The notes below the pieces were generated by a model, which was not told the origin of the DNA, made no database searches, and saw only the letters and a program-made list of their open reading frames with translations. From Vampirovibrionales bacterium (GTDB lineage: Bacteria; Cyanobacteriota; Vampirovibrionia; Vampirovibrionales; JAJTHC01), in the NCBI GenBank assembly GCA_044358835.1, contig JBIKNF010000008.1, positions 9,873 to 73,872 on the forward strand: a stretch of 64,000 nucleotides of DNA, given 5' to 3'. Below, piece by piece: positions 41,875-52,471 of the stretch (its first letter is position 1; each line of letters starts with the position of its first letter). The position numbers and the translations under genes were made by a program.

Positions 41875-42678
41875 TTACATTTTGGTGAAAATGCTACCAT
41901 CGGCTTGCACCTGCCCAAAAAATACCTTGTGATTAAATCCGCTTTGCTTGACTTTAATCATATCCCCAACCGATCCATTTTGCAGGGCTTGAGCATCTAA
42001 CACCATACGAATAGGACGGGTACTTTGGTGGACTTCTAGCACCAACTTCACCGCCTGATTCATTAAAACCGCAGGCGGGGTTTTGACCTGAAATTTAGTG
42101 AGCAACTGCCCTTGGCTTAAATTCGTACGAGCAATCGCTGAAGGAGTTAAGTCACTTAAAAGTAGTTGGTTCGAGTCTCTTAGGCTTACGATGCTTGATG
42201 TTCGTTCCAAATGCCCCGTCAAACGAGCCCCAAAGGGAAGGGATTCTTTCACTCGCCAAGCCAACACCTGTTTTTGTACCATTAAAGGTAAAACCAACGT
42301 GGTTTGACGATGAGACTGCTCCCCTTCAAGCAAAAGGCTCACGGTGCCATAGCCTTGCTGAAAGACGGAAACATCCACCCCGCCATTTAATTGAAGGTGA
42401 AAAGCTTCCCCTTCAAGCAGTTCAAGCGAACGAAACTTGCGAGTCGCGGGCACATTAATTCCCAACACAACTTCACAAGGTGTGAGATGTTGAGACTGGC
42501 AATACGATTGTGTAAACGTTTCCAACAAAGGCCTTATTTTTTCATGCAAGGTGGGAGCCTTCACCCATTGTTCTGCATGCGCCACAGGATTAAAGCCCCA
42601 CCCACCTGTAAGACAAGGGTATAAAAGAAAAAGGTATAAAAGACTAAATTTCACAACGGCCTGTAGAGATGGTTTCAC
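41875..42678 (-). CDS. flgA: Flagellar P-ring assembly chaperone (divergent)
   Basis: Signal peptide, SAF-like region, C-terminal AQALQNGSVGDMIKVK...GQVQADG. Directly downstream of flgG. Confidence 0.75.
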   Translation of the reverse strand: MKPSLQAVVKFSLLYLFLLYPCLTGGWGFNPVAHAEQWVKAPTLHEKIRPLLETFTQSYCQSQHLTPCEVVLGINVPATRKFRSLELLEGEAFHLQLNGGVDVSVFQQGYGTVSLLLEGEQSHRQTTLVLPLMVQKQVLAWRVKESLPFGARLTGHLERTSSIVSLRDSNQLLLSDLTPSAIARTNLSQGQLLTKFQVKTPPAVLMNQAVKLVLEVHQSTRPIRMVLDAQALQNGSVGDMIKVKQSGFNHKVFFGQVQADGSIFTKM

Positions 42679-42718
42679 GATATAATCCTAAAAATTAAGA
42701 GGTTTCCCACCCTGCCTT

Positions 42719-43507
42719 TTAGACGATTTGATTGATAGTTTGAAGCATTTGATCGCCGGCTTGCATGACTTTTGAATTGGCTTCAAACGCCCGTTGGGCT
42801 GTAATTAAGTTAATCAGTTCTTCTACAATTTGCACGTTGGAATTTTCTAAAAACCCTTGGCCAATGGTAGTACGAGCAAACTCGCCTTGCCCCAACTGCC
42901 CCACAATCGGATCCCCCGAAGACGGGGTGCGGACATAGATGTTGCGTCCTTGGGCTTCAAGTCCCGAAGGGTTCGCAAAGCGTGCCAGCTGTATTTGCCC
43001 AATTTCTTGAAAGTTGCCCGTGGAATCGCGAATGCTCACAGAGCCATTGGCCCCGATGGAAACTTCGGTGGAATCTTGAGGAATCGTCATTTGAGGGATG
43101 AGCGGGTAACCGTCTGTCGTTACAATGGTGCCGTTGGCGTCTCGCTTGAAGGAACCGTCTCTTGAATAGCCGACTTGTCCGTTGTCTAACTGAATCTGAA
43201 AAAAGCCGTCGCCTTGAATGGCCATGTCTAAGGGGTTGGCGGTTTGAATAACAGGGCCGTTAATAAAGTCCCGCTGAGTGGCAGAAATACGTGTGCCTAA
43301 GCCCACTTGCACACCAACAGGGTCAATCGTGCCTTGGCTGCCTAATGAACCAGGGGACGAAAAGGTTTGGTTAATGAGATCTTGAAATTCGGCACGACTT
43401 TTTTTGTAGCCTATGGTGTTGACGTTTGAAACGTTGTTGGCAATAATGTCCATATTAAACTGTTGCGTGGTTGCACCAGTGGCGGCGGTATAAAGCGATC
43501 TTAACAT
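42719..43507 (-). CDS. flgG: Flagellar basal-body distal rod protein
   Basis: MLRSLYTAATG, IANNVSNVNTIGYKKSRAEFQDL, GVQVGLG, LDMAIQGDGFF, LENSNV, QRAFEANSK; 262 aa. Confidence 0.96.
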   Translation of the reverse strand: MLRSLYTAATGATTQQFNMDIIANNVSNVNTIGYKKSRAEFQDLINQTFSSPGSLGSQGTIDPVGVQVGLGTRISATQRDFINGPVIQTANPLDMAIQGDGFFQIQLDNGQVGYSRDGSFKRDANGTIVTTDGYPLIPQMTIPQDSTEVSIGANGSVSIRDSTGNFQEIGQIQLARFANPSGLEAQGRNIYVRTPSSGDPIVGQLGQGEFARTTIGQGFLENSNVQIVEELINLITAQRAFEANSKVMQAGDQMLQTINQIV

Positions 43508-43667
43508 CTACAGTCTCTCTCTTTAATTATGGGTGGATGTGGCAACATTTTTAGAACTTGAATGAAGTCATCCAAAGTTAGTATGACGCATCCCCCCCCC
43601 TGTCGCCTTAACCTAAAGGTGTATTCTAATGCCCATTGAAAACTTCAATAGCGTCTGGCGGAAGTTT

Positions 43668-45137
43668 CTACCCAATCACCTTATTCTTACTACTCTTAAG
43701 CCTCAAGGATTCTTCATGGTGAGAAGACGGAGGGACAGAAGCCGTTTTAAGCGAAGGGTTTTTAGGCGAAGTCTTTTGAACCTGTTGCGCTTGGCGTTGA
43801 CGACGCGCCAGCGGATTTAAACTTTTGTGATGGCTTCTTTCCCACCACGCCACCAGAGGCGCGCCTAGAATCAAGACAGCAGACACTCCATCCACCAAAA
43901 AGGACAAATTTTCACTTTGTAAAGCTGTTTTTATTTTAGGCGTAATGACTTTGACTTCTACAATGTTACCCTCAGCATCTTTTTCTAGCAGGGTTTTATA
44001 TTTACGATAAGGCATTCTTAGCAACGATCCTAAGCGAAAAATCCCCAATAACCAGTCGTTCGACCAACTCGCGGCTCCCACGGCTTCAAGCACCGTTCCC
44101 CCTGCTTCTTGGAGCGCCAGATTCTTAAATTTAGTATTTTGTTGTTTTTGAGCATCCGTTCGAAGCCAAATCTGCTTGGCGGAACATAAAGCACTTGTAG
44201 TTTGTAGCAAATTTGCCACCAACAGCGCTGGACGCGTAAAGAGTTTCGCGACATGGTTCACCCCCAGTGTTTCTGCAAGAGTTTCAATGCCCACCCCCAC
44301 AATTCCTCCGAAGGCCCCTGTGGTTTCCGCAAGATACAGATTACGTTGAATCTGAATGTTACGAGAATCACCTTTAGCGAGTGAATCCACATGAAAGCGT
44401 TCAGGCAAACGGATTTGGTGAGAGGGGTTCACGACTTTTTTGCCAACTTCTTGTAATAGTTTACCTCCTGCTTGAATAGACGCCCCTGCTTGTTGGCTGG
44501 CATAATGGAGATCCTTACCCACATAATCAAAAAAGGCTCGCATATTTTGATTGTCGGTGTGGGTGGTGCTAAAGGTAAGGTAACGTTTTACTAAACCACC
44601 ATTAAGCCATGTCTTCATTCCAGGCAATCCTGTTGTTTCAAATGATTCTACAGTATTTCCATGTTTTCTCGCTTCATTTGCTGCCGAAGTCACCCGATCG
44701 TTATAGCCTACAGCGGCTTCAGCCATTTCAGACAAATGATTCGCTACAAGCATAGCCGCTTTAGCATAAAAACCATGAGACCAAAAAACGGCCGGAAAGG
44801 AGGCCAATAAGCCTAAATTTCCTAAAATCAAAGTAGGGTTATCATGCCCAATAGCTCTTTGTAAGCTTGAAACGGTTTTAATGGCACCCACGCCGGCGTA
44901 AAGGGCGTAGCCTGCGTTGGTCATCCAATGCGATTTCTTTTTAGCAGGGGGAGTTGCTCCCCTCTTTTTTTGATCCGAAGCAGTGGACAAAGCGCAAGGA
45001 GTCACTGGGGCGGGCGTGACAGGCAATGACAACAGCTCCACCTTGTCCAAATCCGTTGGGTAGGTGACTGGCGTAATATGGGGGGAGTCAGCGTAAGGAA
45101 GTTTACGCAGTCGTAAACATCGTACAGAATCACTCAT
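43668..45137 (-). CDS. Hypothetical membrane-associated protein
   Basis: 489-aa ORF, Pro-rich N-terminus, several Gly/Ala-rich hydrophobic segments. No family recognised. Confidence 0.7.
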   Translation of the reverse strand: MSDSVRCLRLRKLPYADSPHITPVTYPTDLDKVELLSLPVTPAPVTPCALSTASDQKKRGATPPAKKKSHWMTNAGYALYAGVGAIKTVSSLQRAIGHDNPTLILGNLGLLASFPAVFWSHGFYAKAAMLVANHLSEMAEAAVGYNDRVTSAANEARKHGNTVESFETTGLPGMKTWLNGGLVKRYLTFSTTHTDNQNMRAFFDYVGKDLHYASQQAGASIQAGGKLLQEVGKKVVNPSHQIRLPERFHVDSLAKGDSRNIQIQRNLYLAETTGAFGGIVGVGIETLAETLGVNHVAKLFTRPALLVANLLQTTSALCSAKQIWLRTDAQKQQNTKFKNLALQEAGGTVLEAVGAASWSNDWLLGIFRLGSLLRMPYRKYKTLLEKDAEGNIVEVKVITPKIKTALQSENLSFLVDGVSAVLILGAPLVAWWERSHHKSLNPLARRQRQAQQVQKTSPKNPSLKTASVPPSSHHEESLRLKSSKNKVIG

Positions 45138-45443
45138 CTAACAAGCGTTTCCTATAAATATCAAAAATGGGATGTACCCGTAAGTTAATCAAATCAAGCC
45201 TTAAATAATAAGGTGCATCACATTCGTGTTGTAGAGAAAAGGAAAGAAAACGCAGTCATATCGTGTAAATTCAATCATAAAGTTTGTGTAAGTAAGATTT
45301 AATCTAACATAGAGATAAAATGATGTAAAGCCTTTTCTGTGCTAAATAGAGGAATAAAATTTCAGTGGACTTTACATATTTTCGGTTATAATGGTAAGTA
45401 TCTTTATTGTTTCATTGTCCTAATCTGTAGAGGAACTCCGCTC

Positions 45444-47540
45444 GTGGCTCGTAAAACCCCCCTTGAAAAAATTCGTAACATCGGTATTGCTGCTCACATT
45501 GACGCTGGTAAAACCACGACAACCGAACGTATTTTGTTCTATTCAGGCAAAGTGCACAAAATTGGTGAAGTTCACGACGGCAACGCCGTGACAGACTGGA
45601 TGGAACAAGAACGCGAACGCGGGATTACCATTACCTCTGCCGCGATTACGACGTCTTGGAAAGACTTTCAAATCAACATTATTGACACCCCTGGTCACGT
45701 AGATTTCACCATTGAAGTCGAACGTTCCTTGCGTGTTTTAGACGGCGTTTGTGCGGTCTTCTGTTCAGTGGGGGGGGTTCAGCCTCAATCTGAAACCGTG
45801 TGGCGTCAAGCGGATCGCTACAAAGTGCCTCGTATGGCCTTTGTCAACAAGATGGACCGTACTGGAGCCAACTTCACCCGTGTCGTGGCTCAAATGCGAG
45901 ATCGCTTAAAGGCCAATGCCGTGCCGATTCAGTTACCCATTGGGGCCGAAGAAAACTTCTTAGGCATGATTGACTTGGTGGAGTTTAACGCCATTCGTTT
46001 TTATGACGATATTGGTAAAGATATTCGTATTGAAGAGATCCCTGCCGATATGCTGGATGATGCAACGATTGCTCGTGAAGTCTTGGTTGAAGCGGTTGTT
46101 GAGCATGACGACGTTTTAATGGATCGCTACTTGAGTGGTGAAGAAATTAGCGTTGCTGAGCTTAAAAAAGCGTTGCGTCAAGCGGTGATTGATGTCAAAA
46201 TTGTGCCTGTTCTGTGTGGAACGGCCTTTAAAAACAAAGGCGTTCAACCGTTGTTGGACGCTGTTGTGGATTACTTGCCAGCCCCTAATGACGTGCCTCC
46301 GATTGAAGGGGTGGCGATGGATCACGAAACCAAAATTGTGCGTCATTCTCGTGATGATGAGCCGTTTTCAGCGCTGGCCTTTAAAATCATGACGGATCCT
46401 TTTGTGGGTCGTTTGACCTTCTGTCGTGCTTATAGTGGTGTGATGAGTGGCGGAAGCTACGTGATGAACGCCACCAAAGGCAAAAAAGAACGGGTTAGTC
46501 GCATTGTGCAAATGCATGCGGATGCTCGTGTGGAAATTGATGAAGTACGCGCTGGTGATATTTTCGCTTGTGTGGGCTTTAAAAACACCACCACAGGAGA
46601 CACCCTCACCGCTGAAGGGCAAGAAGTTATTTTGGAATCGATTTTCATTCCAGAACCCGTTATTGAAGTGGCCATTGAACCCAATTCCAAGGCGGATCAA
46701 GACAAACTTTCCATGAGTTTAATTAAACTAGCCGAAGAAGATCCGACCTTCCGTGTGCGTGTGGATGAAGAATCGTCTCAAACCGTTATTGCGGGGATGG
46801 GTGAACTTCACCTTGAGATTATTGTGGACCGTTTGTTGCGTGAATTTAAAGTCAACGCGAGCGTCGGAAAACCTCAAGTCGCCTACCGTGAAACGATTAC
46901 CAAAATGGTTGAAGTGGAAGGCAAGTTCGTGCGTCAATCCGGCGGACGCGGTCAATTTGGTCATGTTTGGTTGCGTTTGGAACCCCTGGAGCGCGGCACG
47001 GGTTACGTCTTTGAAAATAAAATCGTTGGTGGTGTGGTACCAAAAGAGTTTATCGGACCTGTTTCCAAAGGGGTTGAAGAAGCCCTTAAGGGAGGCGTCA
47101 TCGCTGGGTTTGAATTGATCGATGTGAAAGCCACCTTGTATGACGGTAGCTACCACGATGTTGACTCGAGCGAAATGGCCTTTAAAATTGCGGGTTCCAT
47201 GGCGTTGAAAGCCGGTGTGCCTAAAGCAGGGCCTCAGTTGCTTGAACCGACCATGAAAGTAGAAGTTGAAGTGCCTGATGACTTCATGGGTGATGTCATC
47301 GGTGATCTTTCCAGCCGTCGTGGACGCATGGAAGGCATGGATTCTATTGCAGGAACAGGCAGTACGGTAATTCGTGCGACTGTGCCTTTGGGTGAAATGT
47401 TTGGTTATGCCACCGATTTACGCTCAAAAACGCAAGGGCGTGGTACCTTTAGCATGGAGTTTGCACACTATGAACCGATGCCCAACAACTTGGCTGAAGC
47501 CATGGCCAGTAAATTCAAAGGGCATTCGGTTGAAGCCTAG
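45444..47540 (+). CDS. fusA: Elongation factor G
   Basis: [55 protein letters not shown]. Likely GTG start at 45444 after GAGGA (ORF track 45339). Confidence 0.98.
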   Translation: MARKTPLEKIRNIGIAAHIDAGKTTTTERILFYSGKVHKIGEVHDGNAVTDWMEQERERGITITSAAITTSWKDFQINIIDTPGHVDFTIEVERSLRVLDGVCAVFCSVGGVQPQSETVWRQADRYKVPRMAFVNKMDRTGANFTRVVAQMRDRLKANAVPIQLPIGAEENFLGMIDLVEFNAIRFYDDIGKDIRIEEIPADMLDDATIAREVLVEAVVEHDDVLMDRYLSGEEISVAELKKALRQAVIDVKIVPVLCGTAFKNKGVQPLLDAVVDYLPAPNDVPPIEGVAMDHETKIVRHSRDDEPFSALAFKIMTDPFVGRLTFCRAYSGVMSGGSYVMNATKGKKERVSRIVQMHADARVEIDEVRAGDIFACVGFKNTTTGDTLTAEGQEVILESIFIPEPVIEVAIEPNSKADQDKLSMSLIKLAEEDPTFRVRVDEESSQTVIAGMGELHLEIIVDRLLREFKVNASVGKPQVAYRETITKMVEVEGKFVRQSGGRGQFGHVWLRLEPLERGTGYVFENKIVGGVVPKEFIGPVSKGVEEALKGGVIAGFELIDVKATLYDGSYHDVDSSEMAFKIAGSMALKAGVPKAGPQLLEPTMKVEVEVPDDFMGDVIGDLSSRRGRMEGMDSIAGTGSTVIRATVPLGEMFGYATDLRSKTQGRGTFSMEFAHYEPMPNNLAEAMASKFKGHSVEA

Positions 47541-47589
47541 TATTTGCTGTTAAAATCGAGTTTAGGGCGATAAAACGCCCGCCGTCAAC

Positions 47590-47626
47590 AGGGATGCATT
47601 GTACAACAGAATGCATCCCTATTGTT
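47590..47626 (+). terminator. Putative terminator hairpin downstream of fusA
   Basis: 11-bp perfect stem AGGGATGCATT/AATGCATCCCT followed by ATTGTTT. Confidence 0.6.
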
Positions 47627-47878
47627 TGACGCCATATGACGCCAAGGCGAGTGACGAAACTCAAGAAAAAATGGTGTGTTCTAAGCTCTTCAAAAAAAAT
47701 GATGGGTTCTAAGCTCTGTTGAAGAAAAATGAGGGGTTTGAAACATTTGCTTATATAATGAGTATATCGCTTCTTCAAGGCTGGGGATGGACTTCGCGTT
47801 CTGACTACACTTAGGAGTGTACAGATGTCACATCCTTTAGTCAAAAGGTGTTTTTGTTTTCTTATTTAGAGGTTTATA

Positions 47879-48658
47879 GTGAAAAAAATCCCCCTTAAAG
47901 TCTTGAATATCTTTCAGGAACTGCACGAACTATTTGGGACGCCTCACTGCCCCAAGTGTAAAGGGCTACAAGAACGCTATGAACTCTGCCCAAGTTGTTG
48001 TCAAACCCTGGGGTTTAAGCCTGAATGTTTCCATATTCAGCCAGGTAAACGCCCTGTTTGGCAACTCTTTACGTGGAACCGTCGGATTCAACGCATTTGG
48101 TATGGAGTCAAATTTCACAAGCGTTATGGGCCGTTGTTTTTAATTGAACGGGCGTTTCAACAGGCCCTCGCCATGATGCCCCCTTTTGAAGAAGGGCGCC
48201 CTGTTTGGGTACTTCACCCCCCTTTTCAACCCAACAAGCCTAATGTGTTTGCGTCTTTTTTAGAACCGATCTGCCAAAAACAGGGCTGGCGTTACATGCC
48301 CAATGCCTTTGCCTTTCAACTCCTTTCTGAACAGTCAGCCAGTGGCCCCAAGGCGCTTCATCATACCCAAAGTCGTCTTGAACGAAAACGATTACTTCAA
48401 AACCGTTTCAAGCTAGATCCTTCTTTTGTAGAAGCGTTGAGCCATCAGCCCATTCAACCCACTCTGATTGTGGTGGACGACTTTATGACAACGGGCCTAA
48501 CGCTTACCACGTGTTTTACGCTTCTACAAAATGCCTTAACTCAACACAAAAAAGGCCAGCCTCCCCCCAATAACGCCATTTGTGATAAAATAGAATCTGC
48601 CCAAGCCCAGCTACAGGCCATCGTTATTACAGCAGTTCCCAACACTTCCGCCGTGTAG
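47879..48658 (+). CDS. ComF-like protein (zinc ribbon + PRTase domain), divergent
   Basis: N-terminal CPKC...LCPSC; PRPP-loop VVDDFMTTGLT. Confidence 0.75.
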   Translation: MKKIPLKVLNIFQELHELFGTPHCPKCKGLQERYELCPSCCQTLGFKPECFHIQPGKRPVWQLFTWNRRIQRIWYGVKFHKRYGPLFLIERAFQQALAMMPPFEEGRPVWVLHPPFQPNKPNVFASFLEPICQKQGWRYMPNAFAFQLLSEQSASGPKALHHTQSRLERKRLLQNRFKLDPSFVEALSHQPIQPTLIVVDDFMTTGLTLTTCFTLLQNALTQHKKGQPPPNNAICDKIESAQAQLQAIVITAVPNTSAV

Positions 48659-48694
48659 CATGACCTTTTATTTAATTGTATAGGACGCTTTCCC

Positions 48695-49990
48695 ATGACT
48701 TCTTCAAAACAAACACCAACGAACCCCCTTAAAATTGGCATGATCGGCCTAGGGACTGTGGGCCAAGGCACCTATAAGCTCATTCAACGCTTGCCTCAGC
48801 TTGAAGTCGTCGCTGTTGCGGTGCAGAATCTTGAAAAAGATCGAGGCATCGACGGTTTAGATACATCACTACTAACGCTGGATGCTCAAGCGGTGGCGGT
48901 GCATCCTGACATCGATATTTTGATTGAAGTGGCAGGAGGCGTTGAAGGAACAAAACAATTGCTCGAATCGGCGATTCAAGCAGGCAAGCATGTCGTCACC
49001 GCGAATAAAGCCCTCATCGCTCAACATGGGCCCGAACTCTTTACCCTAGCGAAAAAGCATGGGGTGAGTCTCTTGTTTGAAGCGGCGGTTGCGGGCGGTG
49101 TGCCGATTGTCACGCCTTTAAAAATGGGCTTGGCGTCCAATAAAATTGAAGAAATTGCGGGCATTTTAAATGGCACGACCAACTATATTTTAACGCGTAT
49201 GATGCAAGACGGCTGGACGTACGAAGACGCCTTGGACAAAGCCAAAGCCTTGGGCTACGCCGAAGCCGACCCCACCAGTGATGTCGAAGGCTTTGACGCG
49301 GCCTATAAAATTGCGATTTTAGCAGGGCTTGCCACAGGGCATTGGGTCAATGTCAAAGATATGACTGTTGAAGGCATCACCCCGATTACGCCACGGGAAG
49401 TGGAGTATGCCAAGCAGTTTGGCTACACGATTCGTTTGGTGGCGTTGGCTCGCTTGAAAAATGAACGCCCCGATGTGAGGGTGCATCCGATGTTGGTGCC
49501 AAATGCGCATCCGCTTTCAAGCGTCCATAATGAGTATAACGCCATTTGGGTGCGTGGCGATGCCGTCGGTGATGCCATGTTTTCAGGTAAGGGAGCGGGT
49601 GAGCTTCCCACCGCCAGTTCTGTGATGGGGGATGTGTTGGCGATTGTGGCGGATTTAGAAGCCGGCAACGCGAAAACGTTGGCAGGGATGGTTTTAGACT
49701 TAAAAGAGCCTGCGGTGTTACAGCCTATTGGCGAAACCACGAATCGCTATTATATTCGTATGACCACCGCCGATGAACCTGGTGTTTTGGCGGCGTTGGG
49801 AACGGCCTTTGGCAATGCGGGCGTGAGTCTGGAGTCCTTCTTACAGTTGCCGAATCCGCAGAACAATCCGCACACGAGTTTGATGGTGGTGACGCACATC
49901 GCCCAAGAATTCGCCGTGCAGGAGGCATTGTCCGCCATTCGCTCGCTCGCTTCGACGCAGGCAGTGGACTGCGTGTTGAGGGTATTGTAA
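48695..49990 (+). CDS. hom: Homoserine dehydrogenase with ACT domain
   Basis: IGLGTVG, HVVTANKA, FEAAVAGGVP, GILNGTTNYIL, GYAEADPTSDVEG. Confidence 0.97.
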   Translation: MTSSKQTPTNPLKIGMIGLGTVGQGTYKLIQRLPQLEVVAVAVQNLEKDRGIDGLDTSLLTLDAQAVAVHPDIDILIEVAGGVEGTKQLLESAIQAGKHVVTANKALIAQHGPELFTLAKKHGVSLLFEAAVAGGVPIVTPLKMGLASNKIEEIAGILNGTTNYILTRMMQDGWTYEDALDKAKALGYAEADPTSDVEGFDAAYKIAILAGLATGHWVNVKDMTVEGITPITPREVEYAKQFGYTIRLVALARLKNERPDVRVHPMLVPNAHPLSSVHNEYNAIWVRGDAVGDAMFSGKGAGELPTASSVMGDVLAIVADLEAGNAKTLAGMVLDLKEPAVLQPIGETTNRYYIRMTTADEPGVLAALGTAFGNAGVSLESFLQLPNPQNNPHTSLMVVTHIAQEFAVQEALSAIRSLASTQAVDCVLRVL

Positions 49991-50032
49991 ATCTACTTCA
50001 TAAGCGAGCTTATCATTAAAGGACACACACGC

Positions 50033-51100
50033 ATGTACACAGGCATTTTAAATCAATATCAAGACCTCTACGGCTTTGCGGAAGACTACCCTGTTGTCAG
50101 CCTCCACGAAGGCAATACGCCGTTGATCCCAGCCTTACGACTCGCCAACTGCTTGGGCGTGGAAGGCTTAAAGGTCTACCTAAAATACGAAGGCTTAAAC
50201 CCCACAGGCAGTTTCAAGGATCGTGGCATGACCTATGCCGTGTCCCAAGCCAAGTTCGACGGCGCCGAAACGGTGGTTTGTGCCTCTACAGGCAATACGT
50301 CTGCCGCTTGTGCTGCCTATGCCACACGAGCGAGATTGAAATCGCTGGTGATTATTCCTGAAGGCAAAATCGCCTTAGGCAAATTGAGCCAAGCCCTGAT
50401 GTACGGAGCCAGCATCATCGAAATTGCGGGCAATTTCGACCAAGCCCTCAACATCGTGCGTATGCTCGGTGAGCGTGACAAACGCCTCGCGGTGGTCAAT
50501 TCCATTAACCCTTACCGTATTTTGGGGCAACAATCAGGGGCGTGGGAAATCTGCGATGCCCTCGGCAAAGCCCCCGATCAATTCTTCATTCCTGTGGGAA
50601 ATGCAGGCAACATTACGGCGTATTGGGCAGGGTTTAAGCGGTATCACGACTTGGGCAAAATCGAAAAATTGCCCGTGATGATGGGCTATCAAGCCGAAGG
50701 GGCAGCCCCGATTGTGCGTGGGCATGCGGTGGAGCATCCTGAAACGGTGGCGACCGCCATTCGCATTGGCAATCCTGCGAGTTGGCAAGGAGCCACCGAT
50801 GCTCGAGATCAAAGCGGTGGACACATTGATTTAGTCACGGATGCCGATATTTTAGGGGCGTATTCATGCCTAGCACGGCATGAAGGCGTGTTTTGCGAGC
50901 CCGCTTCCGCAGCGAGTGTGGCAGGCTTGATGAAAGCTTGTGCGGAAGGTCGTGTGAAGCCTCATTCCACGGTGGTGTGTATTTTAACAGGTAACGGCTT
51001 GAAGGACCCTGACAATGCGGTGTTGGTGGGGACGAAAGAGGTGGCTCGGGTGAGTCTGCCTGCAGACGAATCCGCCATTTGCGAGTATCTGGGGGTGTAG
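50033..51100 (+). CDS. thrC: Threonine synthase
   Basis: EGNTPLI, EGLNPTGSFKDRG (PLP Lys), CASTGNTS, PVGNAGN, LTGNGLKD. Follows hom. Confidence 0.96.
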   Translation: MYTGILNQYQDLYGFAEDYPVVSLHEGNTPLIPALRLANCLGVEGLKVYLKYEGLNPTGSFKDRGMTYAVSQAKFDGAETVVCASTGNTSAACAAYATRARLKSLVIIPEGKIALGKLSQALMYGASIIEIAGNFDQALNIVRMLGERDKRLAVVNSINPYRILGQQSGAWEICDALGKAPDQFFIPVGNAGNITAYWAGFKRYHDLGKIEKLPVMMGYQAEGAAPIVRGHAVEHPETVATAIRIGNPASWQGATDARDQSGGHIDLVTDADILGAYSCLARHEGVFCEPASAASVAGLMKACAEGRVKPHSTVVCILTGNGLKDPDNAVLVGTKEVARVSLPADESAICEYLGV

Positions 51101-51140
51101 GGGTATCACTTAACTAATTTTTCAGAGAGCTTAAACAGTA

Positions 51141-52112
51141 ATGAAAAAAAGATCCTGTGGTTCCATTAAAGTTTTACTTTTACAGAAGTCAAGAGAGGCT
51201 GCTTTATCAGCAGTTCAGATTTTTAACAATCCTAATATTACGTTTAAATCTGAAACATATATTGTACTTATGATAATCGCATGGACTTATCTACATCATG
51301 CTTTTTTTAAAGAACATAAAATAGATTATAGATATAGAGATACCTCAAAGAGTAACGGTAAGAAAGTTGTCTATAAAAAAAGAGAAGACGACTACCTTTA
51401 TTGGGACTTAAGCCATTGTATTAAACATGAACAAAGCCCATTAAGCGAGGCTTGTAAAAATAATTTAAAGTTTTTAATTGGTTTAAGAAATAAAGTTGAA
51501 CATAAAATGATTAAAGATTTGGATGATGCTGTTAGTGCTAGACTTCAAGCATGCTGTCTTAACTTTAATAAATATATAAAAGAATTATTTGGGGAAAAAT
51601 ACTCCATTCACAATCATCTCACTTTTTCTCTCCAGTTCTCTAAACTTAACACTGAACAAAGAAGTTTAATAAAAGAGTATGACCTCCCTGAAACTATTGA
51701 GTCCTATATTGAGAAATTTGATTCTAATTTAAAACCTGATGAATATAATAATGATGAGTTTGCTATTCGGTATCTGTTCGTACCTAAACAAGCAAACCGA
51801 ATAGGACAAGCAGACAAAGCAATAGAGTTTTTAAAAAAAGATTCAACTCTTACGGAAGAACTTAACAAACAATATGTTATATCAAAAGAAGTAGAGAAAC
51901 CTAAATTTAAACCTAAGAAAATTGTAAGCATGATGAAGGAATTAGGTTTTAATTTTGCAATGAAAGATTTTACTACTTTATGGCAAAACCACAAAGCTAA
52001 AGGCAATCAACAATATGGCGTATTTGTTTCTGAAAACAACTGGTATTGGTATCAAACATGGGTAGACAAAGTAAAAAAAGAGTGTGAAGAAAATCGAGAG
52101 AATCTAAAATAG
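51141..52112 (+). CDS. DUF3644-like protein, HEPN-type RxxxxH motif
   Basis: Strongly AT-rich. LLQKSREAALSAVQIFNNP..FKSETYIVLMIIAWTYLHHA resembles DUF3644 from memory. RNKVEH motif. Confidence 0.75.
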   Translation: MKKRSCGSIKVLLLQKSREAALSAVQIFNNPNITFKSETYIVLMIIAWTYLHHAFFKEHKIDYRYRDTSKSNGKKVVYKKREDDYLYWDLSHCIKHEQSPLSEACKNNLKFLIGLRNKVEHKMIKDLDDAVSARLQACCLNFNKYIKELFGEKYSIHNHLTFSLQFSKLNTEQRSLIKEYDLPETIESYIEKFDSNLKPDEYNNDEFAIRYLFVPKQANRIGQADKAIEFLKKDSTLTEELNKQYVISKEVEKPKFKPKKIVSMMKELGFNFAMKDFTTLWQNHKAKGNQQYGVFVSENNWYWYQTWVDKVKKECEENRENLK

Positions 52113-52471
52113 CTTATATGAAAGGAAACAAGTCTATGACCAACATTCACTAGATGCAGCGCTTTGAAAGACTATATTTACGAGAAGTAAAAGCATAAAT
52201 TGTTTTGAGGACTTTCCCCATGGAGTTCACCGACTAGGGGGCTAAAGAATGCTTGCCCCCCCGACTGCCTTGAAGAAAGAGACCATAGACCGTTTTATCT
52301 ATCCAACACTATACTTGGTGTGATGCTATTTTTCTGTCGCTTCAACATGTAAAAAATCGTGGGGTTTAGCCACTGGGCAAAGGGCTAAAAAATAGGGTAT
52401 ACTGAAAAAGAGTGGATTTTTTCAAGAAGCCTTCACAACCCAGCAAATTCCTTGAAAATCGAGTAAAAAAC

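Noticed and set aside
41652-41875. Integrative element at tRNA-Gly
   Set aside because: No integrase and no duplicated tRNA 3' end seen; flanks are tig and flgA.
43592-43600. C9/G9 homopolymer upstream of flgG (and C9 at 7060-7068) as a phase-variation site
   Set aside because: Similar runs occur elsewhere, including in frame within coding genes, and no convincing -35/-10 pair flanks it.
45339-45443. 35-aa N-terminal extension of EF-G in the ORF track
   Set aside because: AT-rich promoter-like sequence; the RBS and homology start at GTG 45444.
47783-47835. Fluoride riboswitch resemblance (GGGGATGGACTTCGC)
   Set aside because: The 3' pseudoknot consensus is absent and the downstream gene is not fluoride-related; kept only as a generic hairpin.
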